DNA from: Paraphysomonas bandaiensis
Lineage: Eukaryota > Protista > Chrysophyceae
DNA: 52,952 nt
Direction of reading: 5' to 3'
NCBI GenBank assembly: GCA_965644295.1
Contig: CBFFRP010000660.1
Span: 1 to 52,952, forward strand
In this document: piece after piece, positions 26,937-40,404 of the stretch
How the letters are laid out: each line of letters begins with the position of its first letter
Numbering within the stretch: position 1 is the stretch's first letter
Notes under the pieces: model-generated
Told to the model about the DNA's origin: nothing
Database searches by the model: none
Seen by the model: the letters and a program-made list of their open reading frames with translations, nothing else
Program-made: the position numbers and the translations under genes

Positions 26937-27833
26937 ATGAAGATGCCATGTATTAAGAAATATCCCGAATCTCAGGTTATTATTAATATATTCATGTAAT
27001 ATTCATATATAATATTGATATTAATAAGGCACTTGTTGATGATCATCGCTTTGAGATACGACCTCATTATGTTGGGAATAAAATATTATTATGTGGACCA
27101 AAGAATTCATCTTTTCCATTTCAATGTTTTGTACGTCATATTCTATATTATATTATGATGGGTTACGTATTCTGAATAGGTTGGCCCAGATTGGTATTGT
27201 ATGCTAATAACATATGCTTTGATATTGGTCCCGAGTATATTGTTTACAATATATATTGCCGGTAAGTCTCCGCCCCTTATGTTTGAGGTTAAGATGTATA
27301 ATACATGTATGCGCAGATGCCATTTCTGTGGCCCTAACTGTGTTAAGCATTATATCTCTGGCTGTTCTTCTGGCATGTTACTCATATGCAGCCTGCAGCG
27401 ATCCAGGCATTATATACAAAGACGCTGACTTGTCCCTCTCTGACCCGGAAGCTGAGGGAATGGCCGCGAGACATAGATACGGCAACGTAGCTGTGATAGA
27501 ATGCAGTCAATGCAAAATGATGAGACCGTGTACCGCTATGCACTGCTATGAGTGCGGTGTGTGCATAGACGACGTAAGGCACACTGATTTTTTTTTTCAT
27601 GTACAATGTGTCATGGACTGCCGTCACTAATCCCATCCCTGTGTTATACTCAAGCGTTTCACGTATTACACATTAATAGTGTCTTTGTATTGCAGTTGGA
27701 TCATCACTGTCCTTGGACTGGGAAGTGTATCGGAAAGAAAACTCTACAGGCGTTTTATTGCTTTCTGTTTTTTCTAACCACGCACATCCTTTACGTTGGA
27801 GGAGTCTCGCTGTACTACATATCTTTTCATTAG
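26937..27833 (+). CDS. DHHC palmitoyl acyltransferase (short form), multi-exon
   Basis: VGPDW, SDPGII, and CSQCKMMRPCTAMHCYECGVCIDD spliced to LDHHCPWTGKCIG. Confidence 0.92.
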
Positions 27834-28523
27834 AGAGCTCAAGACGTCTGTAGCTGTCCATTAGTACCTAATAGGTAGAAATATTCTAGCACTGATGAGT
27901 ATATATCCACTTTCAGGGAATGTATCCCCTCTGTTAAAAATGCAGTCAGAAAACTTAATTACTATTCCTTCCGCGACCACCTTCAAATTGCTTTATACTT
28001 TATACTCCTCATGCCGAGAGCTTTTGGCAGTGAAAGGGTAATATATTTTGCCAGGCTACATGTATTACACTGGAATTTTGGGGTAATGTTTATCATGTGA
28101 GGTCGTTGTGCCTTCTAAAGTTGAAAATTAGACAAAAACATCTTCTTTTTTCCTTTTTTACAGTCATGTTTTATTTTTCTTACACAATATATTGTCAATC
28201 AAATAAAAGAATTTCAACACCCAATCGACAATAATTTCTCTTTTGCAAACAAGTGCAAAAATTCAACTGTCTTAATCCTTGTTGGTTTGTCGTGATTTGC
28301 TCACTACATAGCTATACAAGCGCAAAGTACCCAGTAGGCTAATGTGGAATCTTTTTCACTATCTCGGTTCAACCTTGAGTATTTGTACATAGGTCGCCTG
28401 CCTACTTCCTACAATCTTATAGCTCACACCCTCATTATAGCAATCATGCGCGTCACAATATATATTGATTACTACTACACCGTAAATTCAACATAATTTC
28501 TCTACATCATGACATCTATCACT

Positions 28524-29453
28524 TTATTCGTTATCATCTGACGAGTCACCGTACCCCATCAGGTCTGACAGTCCCCCCTGTTTCGCAGCTCCACTCTCCT
28601 TCGGTTGTGCACTGGGCTTACTATTTATATCACTACTGGACTCCTTCTCTGCTTTCGACGTGGCATTCGTTTTTCTCTTTTTCTTGACAATGGTGACGGC
28701 CGGACCTGCAGGTTTGCTGGTATCCCTAGCAGATAGTTGTTTAGTAATCGCGTCGCGTATGTCTATTGGCTTCGAAGTGTCTTTTTCTTTAACAGCTTCG
28801 GAGTCAGAGTCAGAGTCTAGAGTTGCCTTACGCTTCTGAGAGTTGAACTTAATAGATTTAATTGCTGCCTCATCTTCAACTGTTAGTCCTCTCCTCTTTG
28901 CTGCTTCCTCAGCTTCACGGCGAGCCCGTTGGTCCAACAGCGCAGCCGTGTCAACTCTCTCGTGCCTTTGATTTATCGATTTTATTTCGTCCAAAGCATC
29001 AAGCACATCCATCTCTATTTTACTTTCAAGAGTACGGTTTTCAAGCGATTTCATTGCATCAGCTTCCTCCTCCAACTCCCGTGTCTTCGAATCTTCCTCT
29101 AATACAGCTTCATTCTCTTTCCACATCTCAAAATTCCGTGTAGCACCATATTCACATTCATAATCTGAATTTTTAGGATCTGTTTTGAAACTAATCTCTG
29201 CACTACATACACTGCATTTGACAATAAATCGAAATCGTCTAATACCCATATAATCTTCTCCTTTACAATCTTCTTTACGTGAATTAAATTTCTTACCACG
29301 TCCCATATATTCACCACATGTTGTACATCTCATACTAAATGGAAGCATCATACGTACTTCAACTGGTTTATTTTTATCCCTTTTAAATTTTGGGATAATA
29401 CTTGGATCAAAATCTGGTGGAACATAACGATTTAATACTTTACGTTCACCCAT
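28524..29453 (-). CDS. YJU2: Splicing factor YJU2/CCDC94/CWC16
   Basis: MGERKVLNRYVPPDFDP, VRMMLPFSMRCTTCGEY..GKKFNSRKE, CSVC..ISFKTDPKNSDY...GATRNFE, MKSLENRT. Confidence 0.95.
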   Translation of the reverse strand: MGERKVLNRYVPPDFDPSIIPKFKRDKNKPVEVRMMLPFSMRCTTCGEYMGRGKKFNSRKEDCKGEDYMGIRRFRFIVKCSVCSAEISFKTDPKNSDYECEYGATRNFEMWKENEAVLEEDSKTRELEEEADAMKSLENRTLESKIEMDVLDALDEIKSINQRHERVDTAALLDQRARREAEEAAKRRGLTVEDEAAIKSIKFNSQKRKATLDSDSDSEAVKEKDTSKPIDIRDAITKQLSARDTSKPAGPAVTIVKKKRKTNATSKAEKESSSDINSKPSAQPKESGAAKQGGLSDLMGYGDSSDDNE

Positions 29454-30064
29454 ATTTAATTAATTGTTATTGTAGTGTATATATATATGGGAGTGTGTTT
29501 TATGGAAGTATTAAGAGTGTTTGATAGATGCATATGAGTGTATACATCTAGCTATATGTCTATATGTGGAGGTGGTGTCTATATATGGAGGAGTACCTCC
29601 ACTCCTGGTATCACATACTCCAATGAAAAAGGGTGATTTTTTGTCTGGTTGACATAAATCCCACTATACAGCAATGTACAGCAGTATATACAAAATTAAT
29701 AAAGAAAACATGGATTTTTTTTCTCACAGCGAAATATATTGTACTGCTTTTTATACATAGCAAAATAGAAATTAGAGAATTATTCTAGGAAAATCCAAGG
29801 TATCTACAGAATTACAGTTCTTGTATGTATTGTTGTATGAGTATGTAAAGACCATTTTTATATCCTTAAAACCCCTGATTTTTGGATACTTATACACTAT
29901 CCATACACCAGTATATACAGAAGTGGTATAGCTTGGTACTCAATTGTGACCGTTGTTGATTATCGTCTTTATAGATCTAGCCAACTGACATACATATATA
30001 TACATACATACACTGCTCTGTCATAACATAACCATCAATTAAACATAATTAAACTAACATCAAT

Positions 30065-31404
30065 ATGGAAACAATTCATATGAAATCAAATAATGAGAAT
30101 AGTTCATCCATTGGAAACACTACATCACCTAAAAAGAAACTAACTCCCACTAAATCTCATCTTAAAATATCTAAACAACTCATTCATCGAGAAAAAGATA
30201 GTGATGATGATTCAGATTATTCTTTATCACCAGTAATATCTCCACGTAAAAGAAAAAGTGAAGAATTTACCTTAGAAGATTTTACAATAGTGACAAGTGA
30301 AGACTCATTAGACACACCTAAAAGAAGACGACGTGGAAAATTTTCATTTAAAGAAACAAATGAAAAAAGTAAATTATCCCCAAAATTGACAACAGGGAAT
30401 ACTAAAATACAAACACCAAATACTAAGATAGTCCCTTCTATCTCTACATCGGAGAATAAAATCCCATCATTTGCCGAAAATTCTTCTAAATCACATGCCG
30501 ATATCGATAGTTTCAAACTCAAAGTTTGGAGCAAGTAAGTGAAATCATAAGCTGTTTATATATGTATATAATATGAACACAACAGATACTTCGGAGGTGG
30601 ATCAGATGCGACTGAACGACCATGTCCTGCGTGTTGTCAAGTCATGAGCACGGATAATATGAATTTCGAGGTTTGGAGACAATTTAAATAATTATAATTT
30701 TAATGGTTCTCTTACAGGTGCAGAGTATTACTGGCGCAGACCTGAGCGATATGGGTTTAAAAAGTGAGGTTCATGAATTTTCTTGGAACTTTATTCCCCT
30801 CTGCAGTCGGGATGAATCTCATGGTTGGGGCTGCAGCGAACGGCTCGAAAGAGAACGTCTTGAAGCAGATGACGATTCCGAGAACCTGAATGAGCCGATA
30901 CATATCTTTGATTGGTTATTACGAGAATATCCACAGCGAATGCACGAGGTATGCATACGACTACAGATGGGGTACGGTGATGCGGTGTCAATGCCAGCTG
31001 GCGACACACTCTGTCTCCGCTTCATTAGAGATGTGTACTCTACTACCCAAACGTTTCCACAAACTGTTCCTGGATTGGACATTAGTGTGTATGAAAAACA
31101 TATTTTTAAGGGTGATTTACTGGACATTGCTGAGTGTTTCAGTGAACATACAGATAGAGAAATGTTGAGCATCATCGATATGAAGAAAAAGCTAATGACT
31201 CCCATTCGAAGTTTTCGGCGGACACCAAACTCTATTCATCGTAGTGCTACATATCCTGCAGCTCTATCTACGCCATCCAGAGGTAACTTCATGGACAGAA
31301 TTTGTGATGATGAAGATGACATTTGTAGTGAACGGAGCGTATCCCCGCCGAAAAGTACAACTGGGGAAAATGATGTCGAAAGTCGTACAAAAAGTGTCAA
31401 GTAG
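30065..31404 (+). CDS. Hypothetical protein (3 exons), S/K-rich N-terminus
   Basis: ORFs 30065-30538 and 30703-31404 are linked by a small exon (~30586-30670) flanked by GT-AG introns. It has the same 5' AT-rich profile as neighbouring genes. Confidence 0.7.
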
Positions 31405-31676
31405 AGTGTGTACATTTGGATGATTAGACTATAACATTCGCTTAATATGAGATATAGTTAGCATTGTATAAGGTTGGTATGAGAACAGAAAAGTATCTGC
31501 TTACGTTGTAGTGCACAATATTCAAGTTACATAATATCTGAACATAGTCTGTATCAATATAAAGTCCTTACTTGTGCTACAACACACAAAACCATAGACC
31601 ACGATACTAATCTTATATTTGTGCTGTGAACCTAGAGGATGAATATCCTTTGCTCAACTTTTTAGTTACTACATAC

Positions 31677-32438
31677 CAGGGATAGGGAACAATATATTGC
31701 AATACTATTGTTAGATAGCGTTCCATCAATAGTATTGATGGATTTTTTAAACCGGTCCTACACACAGTGTATTGCAATATATTATCAATGTATTGCAATA
31801 TATTAGTATGACTAATCAGTAGGTAAACACATCCGTAGATTTCATTTATAGTATTAGTCATAAAGATCACATGACACCCAAACCAACTGCTGCTTATAGC
31901 TACCTCGTCCTCATCCTCTGAGCCATTTTCGGCGAGGTCAACATCACCATATTCATCCACAGAATTAATTGAAATATGCTAGTATCCGGCCATAACTGTC
32001 GAATAGCTCTCAGAAACAACAGCATAATATTAGGTAAGATGGATACTTTTGCGCAACACTGATATAATATGTTTAGCTGTGCTGAACAGACGTTCACATG
32101 TATTGGAAGTACATACCAGGGCCAGGCAACAGTTAATGACTCGTGGATCTCTACGTTTCTTAATTTTTTGAGCTGACTGAAGATTTTTAGTCGCATAGTC
32201 AACATCAGCTTCATTATCCTTTGTAATGCTGTAATCAATTTCTCGGTTATTTATATCCATTTTTCACCCTACAGTTGAGAATCTTCTCTTATATGACTAT
32301 CATAATATTGATTGCAATATATTGCAATAGTATTGTGAGCTCTTTTAACAGAAACACTATTGATGGAATATTTGACCACTCCACCAATCAATATATTGTA
32401 CAATTCATTGCAATACAATATATTGTTCCCTGTCCCTG
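31677..32438 (-). mobile_element. Non-autonomous hAT transposon (deletion derivative, 762 bp)
   Basis: TIR caggga(t/c)agggaacaatatattg and an 8-bp TSD ctacatac/ctccatac (7/8). The internal minus-strand remnant TSNTCERLFSTAK...LLFLR matches the hAT C-terminal dimerisation motif. Confidence 0.9.
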
Positions 32439-32971
32439 CTCCATACTATATAGGTTCCAACTGTTACGATTCTTGTTCGTGATAATAGTATTGTATGGGA
32501 TACTAAATGACTTCTTACTACACAAGTAAGTAAAGAAACTGCATCTTGTAATTTATAATTTCTGAAAATAGTACCTACGACATCCGGATTTCTTCCATAA
32601 CAAATACCAATATATCAGTCCAATCACAACTGACGAATGTATAAACATAATGCCTAGACTGTAACATTCATGTGACTGCCATAATATCACTATTACCAAT
32701 TACCAACTGACAACTAACTCCTACTCACTATGCACTATACACTATTATCATAATATTACTACTATGATATCACTAATACAACTATCTTAATATCATATCA
32801 TTTCTGTCATCATATTACTGTTATAGTACACATTATATATAACAACTAAATTCCAACAAATATATGCTTGTAGAGTCCAGAGTTACACATGTCTTCGAGG
32901 AATGACTCTACTTGTTATTCAGTTTGATCATGTTTTACTACAGTTAAACCTCAACAAAATTTGTCTCACAC

Positions 32972-33312
32972 CGTAGCGTGGTGTTCTCGGGGATAAGTAC
33001 CGGAGATAGCCACACATATAGTCAGCAGATATTTTTCTGCCCACTCATAGCCAAATGCTTGCATGTTACAAAGGACATACTAGTGTCTCTTGTATTGACA
33101 TCTTTGGACCTTGACAAAAAACCAGGCGTCTGGGATTATTAGGCTGTCTACTGAAGTCAAGCATCCGAGCTGTTCACATTAAGGACAGAGAGCAAAAGTG
33201 GTTGCACCTTGGTGAAGTAGGATACCAGAGTAAAGCATTAGTTAGTTTAATTGTTTTGCTACATTAGTTTTGACTCGTACACGCCTATTGCTAATAATCA
33301 GACATATACTAA
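32972..33312 (+). mobile_element. SINE-like copy, probably near full length (~340 bp)
   Basis: The 5' half matches 21403-21600. The 3' half matches 13125-13335 and the LINE 3' UTR, and ends ctaataatcagacatatact. Confidence 0.72.
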
Positions 33313-34222
33313 TGTATTAATTAATCCCTATCCAGTCGGAGTGCACAGCTAACATACTCGCTGACGAGACCAGAATTATAGTGCAGGTGAATATACCACC
33401 GTTCTCCCGATACTACTGTAGAACACTACCGCACTCTTCATCCCTTGATGTTATGTCATTGTGGCCTTCCACTATAGTACTATGGGCGTAATAAATAAGA
33501 AAATAATTTTTAGTGTTAGTGCAGGTAGCGTCAATAATACGGAAAGACAAAACAAATGAATGGATTAAAAATAGTAGAACGCCATACATAAGAAGAAAAG
33601 CAAAGCTATTCGATTAGGGTTAGGAAAAAACAAACTAAATCAAAAAATTAAGTGTTGTAAGAATGTAACAAAAAGGACGAATGAATCTACGTAGGGTCAG
33701 CTGTGTTGTTTGTGTGCACTATGGTGTGTGCGTCAAGCACAGTGTTACATGAAGAGTTACTATAACTTTAGGTGAGGTAATTCTTGACCACACAACACCT
33801 ATTCCATTCTGGCATAGATTCACCAACTGCACAAGTACACCCACATGACTGTTTTCTACAACACCGGAGTTTGGAAACATCCATCCCCATAGGGACAATC
33901 AGATTCATATCTCCCTCCAACTTGTGTTGACAAGAGGGTCTTGGTTTAGGTCATGGCTGTTACCCCATGAACAAGTAGTTATACATTATACAGTGACATA
34001 TTGATGATAGCTCTTATATTGGGATTATTCACTGAGACTGCCACTTGTAGGCTCGTATTGTGTGTTTCTTAGTATTGAGAGTTAGTTGGATCAGCTATAG
34101 TTGCTTTTCTATACTCAACTTCATGTGAGATTGACTTTCACATACAGTCTGTACACTATCTATGAGTATGATGGCTTATTATACTTATATGATAACACAC
34201 TGTGAGATATATACAACATACC

Positions 34223-34366
34223 GCATCCTTTGTGTATTTTTGTTCAAATATGCCTCTAATATTGAGACAAATATTGTCTCTATTTCAGCTGTAGTTTTAT
34301 TGCAATAATATAGAGTAAATTTACTTCAATTTATTTCCGAAAAATAAGATGCTGACTGCCGATACG
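34223..34366 (+). mobile_element. MITE-like family A copy 4
   Basis: gcatcctttgtgtatttttgttcaaatatgcctctaatattgaga...aataagatgctgactgccgatacg. Confidence 0.8.
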
Positions 34367-34784
34367 ACATTGCTGTATACGTATATAGTCGTGATGGACT
34401 TTTGTTTGCTTGTACAAAGTACATAAGCTGTCCCATAAAACTGGGTTTTCCCAACAAAAGAACGGTTTTTTAACGGTAGAAACATTTTACCATAAATTAA
34501 GAAAAAGGTGAATTTTCTATATACAATTTCTATATATTACTCCCAATTTATACAAAATCAATATAAAAATACCTGATTCTTATATTATTCAGCTTTGACT
34601 ATAGTGCGTTTTACTTTATTTATATAGATATATACACGATACATGTATATATACGCACATACATAGTGGACTAGATCACTACTTTAACACATACACACAT
34701 CAAACTAATCATACTACTAAATTATATATATAAATTATATAATTATTATATCATTCAATCAATGATTAGATTCATCTGATAAGA

Positions 34785-37702
34785 ATGGATACATTTTTAC
34801 GTGATAAACGTAAGAAATTAGCAATATTAAGAGCTAAAGATATCGGTGTACGTCGCAGATGTATTAAAGGTCAATACTCATATATACATATATATACATA
34901 TATATTAACATCTATTAATAATATTTTTAGAATGGAATTTATTAAATAATGAACAAAAAATATTAACACGTTCATTACGTGCTAAAAAAGGTATACAATG
35001 TGAAGTATGTGGAAATATTGGTTATTATACTGAAATATGCCCAAATAATTGTCATATTGAAGACAAAGAAAGTGTTACAGTCATTGGATTAGCAGCATTT
35101 GATGATGAACATTTTGAAAGTAAAAATAAAGAAGGTGGTGATGGGTTTTTATGGAGTACTGTTACACAAGAAAATGATGAAGAGAAGAAACCGACTATTC
35201 ATAGAGGAAATAAGAAAGCAGACCTGAATCCGCTGAAGGATATGATGCGAACGTATGTATTGCTTTGAGACTAGTTATATTGTCGATTGCTATATATGAT
35301 TTGGAATAGTGGAAATCAAACTCAATGTTTATATGTGATGTGGCCTCTCAAAAGCTAAACCTCTGATTGTGACTTTTACATTATTTAGGGAGAAAAGTCG
35401 TTTACAAGAATCCGACAAACCATTGGATGAATACCTATTTTATCGGGATGCTGAGGAAGGATACGCTAGAGATTTATCTGAACTTACTTTGCACCAGGTA
35501 TTGTAGAATAGATTTTATTGCAGTACGTACATCAGTTCAACGTTAATGTACTCAATGACATGTACTGTTGTTCCCATCTGATTTTTGTACAGGCATTGCG
35601 TTATCTGATGCGTGTGCTTGAAAAAGAAATCGCCAAAAACATTGCTGGCTTGGAGGCCGAGCACGACCTCACTTTGTTCCATCCACCGAGACGGAAACTC
35701 GGTGAAAATTTCTATCCCGAAGAAGTTGGAAAAATAAAGGAATATAGGTATGGTATCTATTAATGAATCAGTAGTAATATTTGCTGCTGGTAGTAACTTG
35801 ATATCACAGGGATTACTTCACGAAGCATGCAATTAAGAAAGACCGGATCAGTCGCGCTTATCAACATAAGGGCTCTGTCCGTCCAGAAGAGGCGATGAGT
35901 GGTTATTTTCGTGCTTCTAAGTCTGGTGGTCTTTCTACTCTCTATGAATCAGACCCAAAGGCTGGGCAAAGTATGCATAGCAAAGTAGGATGGAAGAACA
36001 TCATGTCTACCGGAGATGATCTTGCGATTGCGGATTTAAAGATGGCTCAGCGTTTGGAGAAGGTGGAGAAAATGATGCGAAAACAAGGAGCCTGGACTAA
36101 TAAACAGAAAGAAAGTTTTGTTCAGACAAATGAGAGATACACGCATATGTGGCATATAATAAAAGAAGAGTTGAGTATGGAGCATGACAGAGAGAGACGC
36201 CTACTTACTGTGGATGTGAACTCTAATCTAGAGAAAACAGAACGAGATATATGGAAAGAACGTATTGATTCGGCAGATAGAATTATGGCCACTATTGCCG
36301 GATATGGCCTGACCAATGGAACCAATGAGGCGGATTATCTTTTATTCTGCTTGAAGAAATGGAAAGAAGAGGCTTTAGAAAGTAGACGGCGACGTGACCT
36401 GCGTATCGCCGCCGGTAAGGCGAACAGCTATGATAAAGCATCGCAAGATATTGCAATCAAGAAGAAAAGAATGATGAAGCGTCGGCAGGGTAGAAGAAAA
36501 GGAAAGAAATCATTTGTGAAGTCTATTGTTGCCACCCGTATAGGAACACCTAATGACGGTGAAGGTACAATATTGTTCTTGCATGTCGGATCATATACAT
36601 AATATTTGTTTTACTGTAACGACTGTAGATGATGATGATGACGATGAGGAGGAGGAGCTGGAGGAAGAAGCGGAAGGAGAAAAGTCTATCACGTCAGATG
36701 CAGATGTCAGTCTACTCTCAGACGAACGAGCAGCTGCTCTGAAGTTGACTGATATGATGCAAAGTCGAACTGATGGGGGGTTCCATGGACTGGGGTTTCT
36801 TTCCACAATAGGGGCACAGGAGGAAACTGCAGACACTAGAAATTGTAGTGCTGGGGTTACAGCAAGGCTACTCACGACAGGTTGCCTTATATTAGTTTGG
36901 GTTTGAGTGACACTACTTCTTTTTGTACCTGCTACAATCTATATTTTGCTTGTGCAGTCTTACTTTACTTTTTGTAGGGCCGTTAAGTGTTTTCGGAGGC
37001 ATATCTGAAGATGGAGTCCCAACTTCTGACGATGATTCTCAACAGAAAAAGCAGTCACGTCTTACTTCTACTAAGAAAGCTACTGTTAAGAAAACTGTTT
37101 TTGTCAACCACAGAGAGGAGGATAAAAAGATGATGCAGGAACTATCCCAAACATACAGGTATTTACTTGTTTGTGAGTTCCCAACAGGCGAGAGATGACT
37201 TATGTTATTGTTCCTGTACTTTAGAAATATCGGAATGAAAAGAAATATTCGTTCCGGCAAGAATACAGATTTAAGTACTCTAACTCCAGCTTTGATTCCC
37301 TTTCATGAGGTTGTGAGTAATAAGTGCCCTCCAGAAGAGAGACTTCAAAGTTATGCAGCTGACAATGCCGTTCATCATGCTCGAATGAAACAGGTTAACC
37401 CCATTACAGGTGGGCCGTTTTTAATTTTTTTTATCTATATTTTTTATTTTTACTGTGTTACAGGATATGTTCCTCAGCACTATGTTCCATTGTATGTCCG
37501 GACTACACTTTTTGAGTCCAATGGTGCGACCTCAGGCGGGGACCAGACCTACGCAACAATGGCCAAAGACAGAAGGTACTCACACCAGCTAGGTAGAGCA
37601 ATGGCATCGTTGGAACCTATTAAGTACAAGAAGAAAAAGCCAGTTACCGAAGAATCTACTAATATTCCAAGTGTAAAAAAGAAATTTGGGGTTGGAATCT
37701 AA
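34785..37702 (+). CDS. Hypothetical multi-exon protein with an N-terminal zinc-knuckle-like motif, helical/coiled-coil regions and an acidic tract
   Basis: MDTFLRDKRKK... splices to ...CEVCGNIGYYTEICPNNC. Successive ORF blocks (35518-37702) are separated by GT-AG introns. Exon boundaries are approximate. Confidence 0.7.
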
Positions 37703-38139
37703 GTACTTAGTAGCGTTCGATTCGATTTTCATGATTGTGGCTAGTAGGTTAGAATGAGTGATGGATATTTTTGTATTGTTTGTATATATATTTTAATGCT
37801 GCTTTGTAAGTAAATCTCAGCACTACTTTTTGTTCACGAAAGACTACCTACATTTATATTTTAAATACTGTTCATATATATGAGTAGTAACTAGTAGTAT
37901 ATTGCATTGGGCCGAAAAAAATTCCATCAATATTTATTCAGTTAAAGTAGCAACAATTGTACTGCAATAAATTAATACAAATCTTCTTAACTGTAGGGTT
38001 CAAAATATATGTCCATGTATATAAATATCCGGAAAAATAAGAAAAAGTTTATTTTTGATTTTGTTTTCTAGTATTTATACACCGAGATATAGCACTGATT
38101 CTACTACCCATCCACCCGTGTGCCAACTTAGCTGACCAC

Positions 38140-38410
38140 ATAGATCACGCGCAGATTCTGTTGCCCCCCACCTGTGTTAACCTTTGCTGAGATTACGCGG
38201 GATTTCTCATAGCTATGCATGACTATAGTTCCCGCAGATTCTAGTAGGACCATGTGTACCTTCCCATCATTACCTAACGAAGATTACGCGGGGATTCTCG
38301 TGACCATGCATGACTCAGTATAGGTCTAGTGTGACACTGGCACCCCCCCTCCCTCCCCTAGAATGCGCGGGGTTTCTCATAATCTCATATAGGCTATGCA
38401 AGTATAGTGT
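38140..38410. repeat. Degenerate short tandem repeats (probable TE interior)
   Basis: Variants of agattacgcggg..ttctc.t...ctatgcatgact..agt occur near 38142, 38190, 38281 and 38360. Confidence 0.55.
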
Positions 38411-38863
38411 AGAGTTTTCTTGGTGCTGACACACAAAGAATACGCTAAGATTTTTATTAATAATCTATACGTTACTTAGCTCAGTCAACACTAACACTTC
38501 ACTAGGGTACGCTCTCGGAATGGGGCCTTATTACATAAACTGACCATACCTGACACAATTATTGAAGGGTGGGTGGGAAAATGGATGATAAAATGGGGAT
38601 TCTGTGGACAATATGCTGATTATTATCTTGAGAATGTGTAGTTTTGTGGCATTTTAGGTTGTGTAATTAATTTTTTTAGTTTCGCTAAATCCAGCTTTTA
38701 GTTTTACATACAGTAGATACTAGGGGGGGTTCTAAATGATCAAAAGTATAGAGTGTAAAAACCCGAAGAAGTATAAAAATAAAACCTCATTTTTTTGGAA
38801 TTGTGTAATTTATTTTTCCTAGTTTTGATCGCAGGATCTTAAATTTATCATCATGTGAAGATG

Positions 38864-39012
38864 CCTGCCCAATTTCTGCTCTGTGCCCTGTGAGAACAAT
38901 GATGCTGTTAATGATGCTGTTGCTGGAGGAGGCAGCAGTCACAGGCAGAGCGGCATCCCCAGCAGCAGCAGCAATATCGTTCTCACAGGGTGCAGAGCAG
39001 AAATTGGGCAGG
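38864..39012. repeat. Imperfect inverted repeat / ~150-bp hairpin
   Basis: cctgcccaatttctgctctgtgccctgtgagaac pairs with gttctcacagggtgcagagcagaaattgggcagg. An inner pair is gctgttgctgg/ccagcagcagc. Confidence 0.9.
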
Positions 39013-39254
39013 GTTATGCGCTTGACCCACCTGTTGTGTACCAAGACAACATGTCGAACCTCAGCCTCGTGACGAAGGGAGGAGGCAGATACGGATCGAA
39101 ATATCTGCGAGTCAGACAGGCTTTGATTAAAGAGCTGCACGATAATGGGGAAATCAAGCTGGTGCACTTACCCACTGGGGAAATGCTGGCAGATGTCTTG
39201 ACTAAACCCTTGCAGGGTAACTTACTCCGTCATTTGATATGTATGTATGTCTGA
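39000..39254 (+). mobile_element. Ty1/copia pol C-terminal (RNase H) fragment
   Basis: VVYQDNMS...SKYLRVR..IKE...GEIKLVHLPTGEMLADVLTKPL matches copia RNase H motifs. A purine-rich stretch follows, then a possible 3' LTR remnant. Confidence 0.85.
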
Positions 39255-39528
39255 TCGTTGGACACACCATCACAGAGGAATGAGAGGATGCTCTTTTCAG
39301 TTTAGTACTTGAAGGGACTGTATAAGATATGCATAGGGGACATAGAAGTATATGTTTTGTACGGAGTCCGTGTACCATCCGTTAACGAGAAGCTGAGTAC
39401 CGTATTTTTCTTTGCGCCTGTTGTACCGCTCTACCCTCTGCAGATATATGTACATACAACTATACCTGCTGTACTCTACATGAGTAGGTCCGTAGGGTAC
39501 AGTGGATGACTACCCAGTACTGCTGTGT

Positions 39529-40404
39529 CATACATACATACATACATACATACATACATACATACATACATACATACATACATACATACATACATACATA
39601 CATACACACACATACATACATGCATACATACATACATACATACATACATACATACATACATACATACATACATACATACATACATACATACATACATACA
39701 TACATACATACATACATACATACATACATACATACATACATACATACATACATACATACACACACATACATACATGCATACATACATACATACATACATA
39801 CATACATACATACATACATACATACATACATACATACATACATACATACATACATACATACATACATACATACATACATACATACATACATACATACATA
39901 CATACATACATACATACATACATACATACATACATACATACATACATACATACATACATACATACATACATACATACATACATACATACATACATACATA
40001 CATACATACATACATACATACATACATACATACATACATACATACATACATACATACATACATACATACATACATACATACATACATACATACATACATA
40101 CATACATACATACACACACATACATACATGCATACATACATACATACATACATACATACATACATACATACATACATACATACATACATACATACATACA
40201 TACATACATACATACATACATACATACATACATACATACATACATACATACATACATACATACATACATACATACATACATACATACATACATACATACA
40301 TACATACATACATACATACATACATACATACATACATACATACATACATACATACATACATACATACATACATACATACATACATACATACATACATACA
40401 TACA

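Noticed and set aside
33330-33400. Hammerhead-like gtc-ggagtg...tactcg-CTGACGA-gacc
   Set aside because: There is no GAAA core after stem II and the first stem I pair is mismatched. At best it is a decayed relic.
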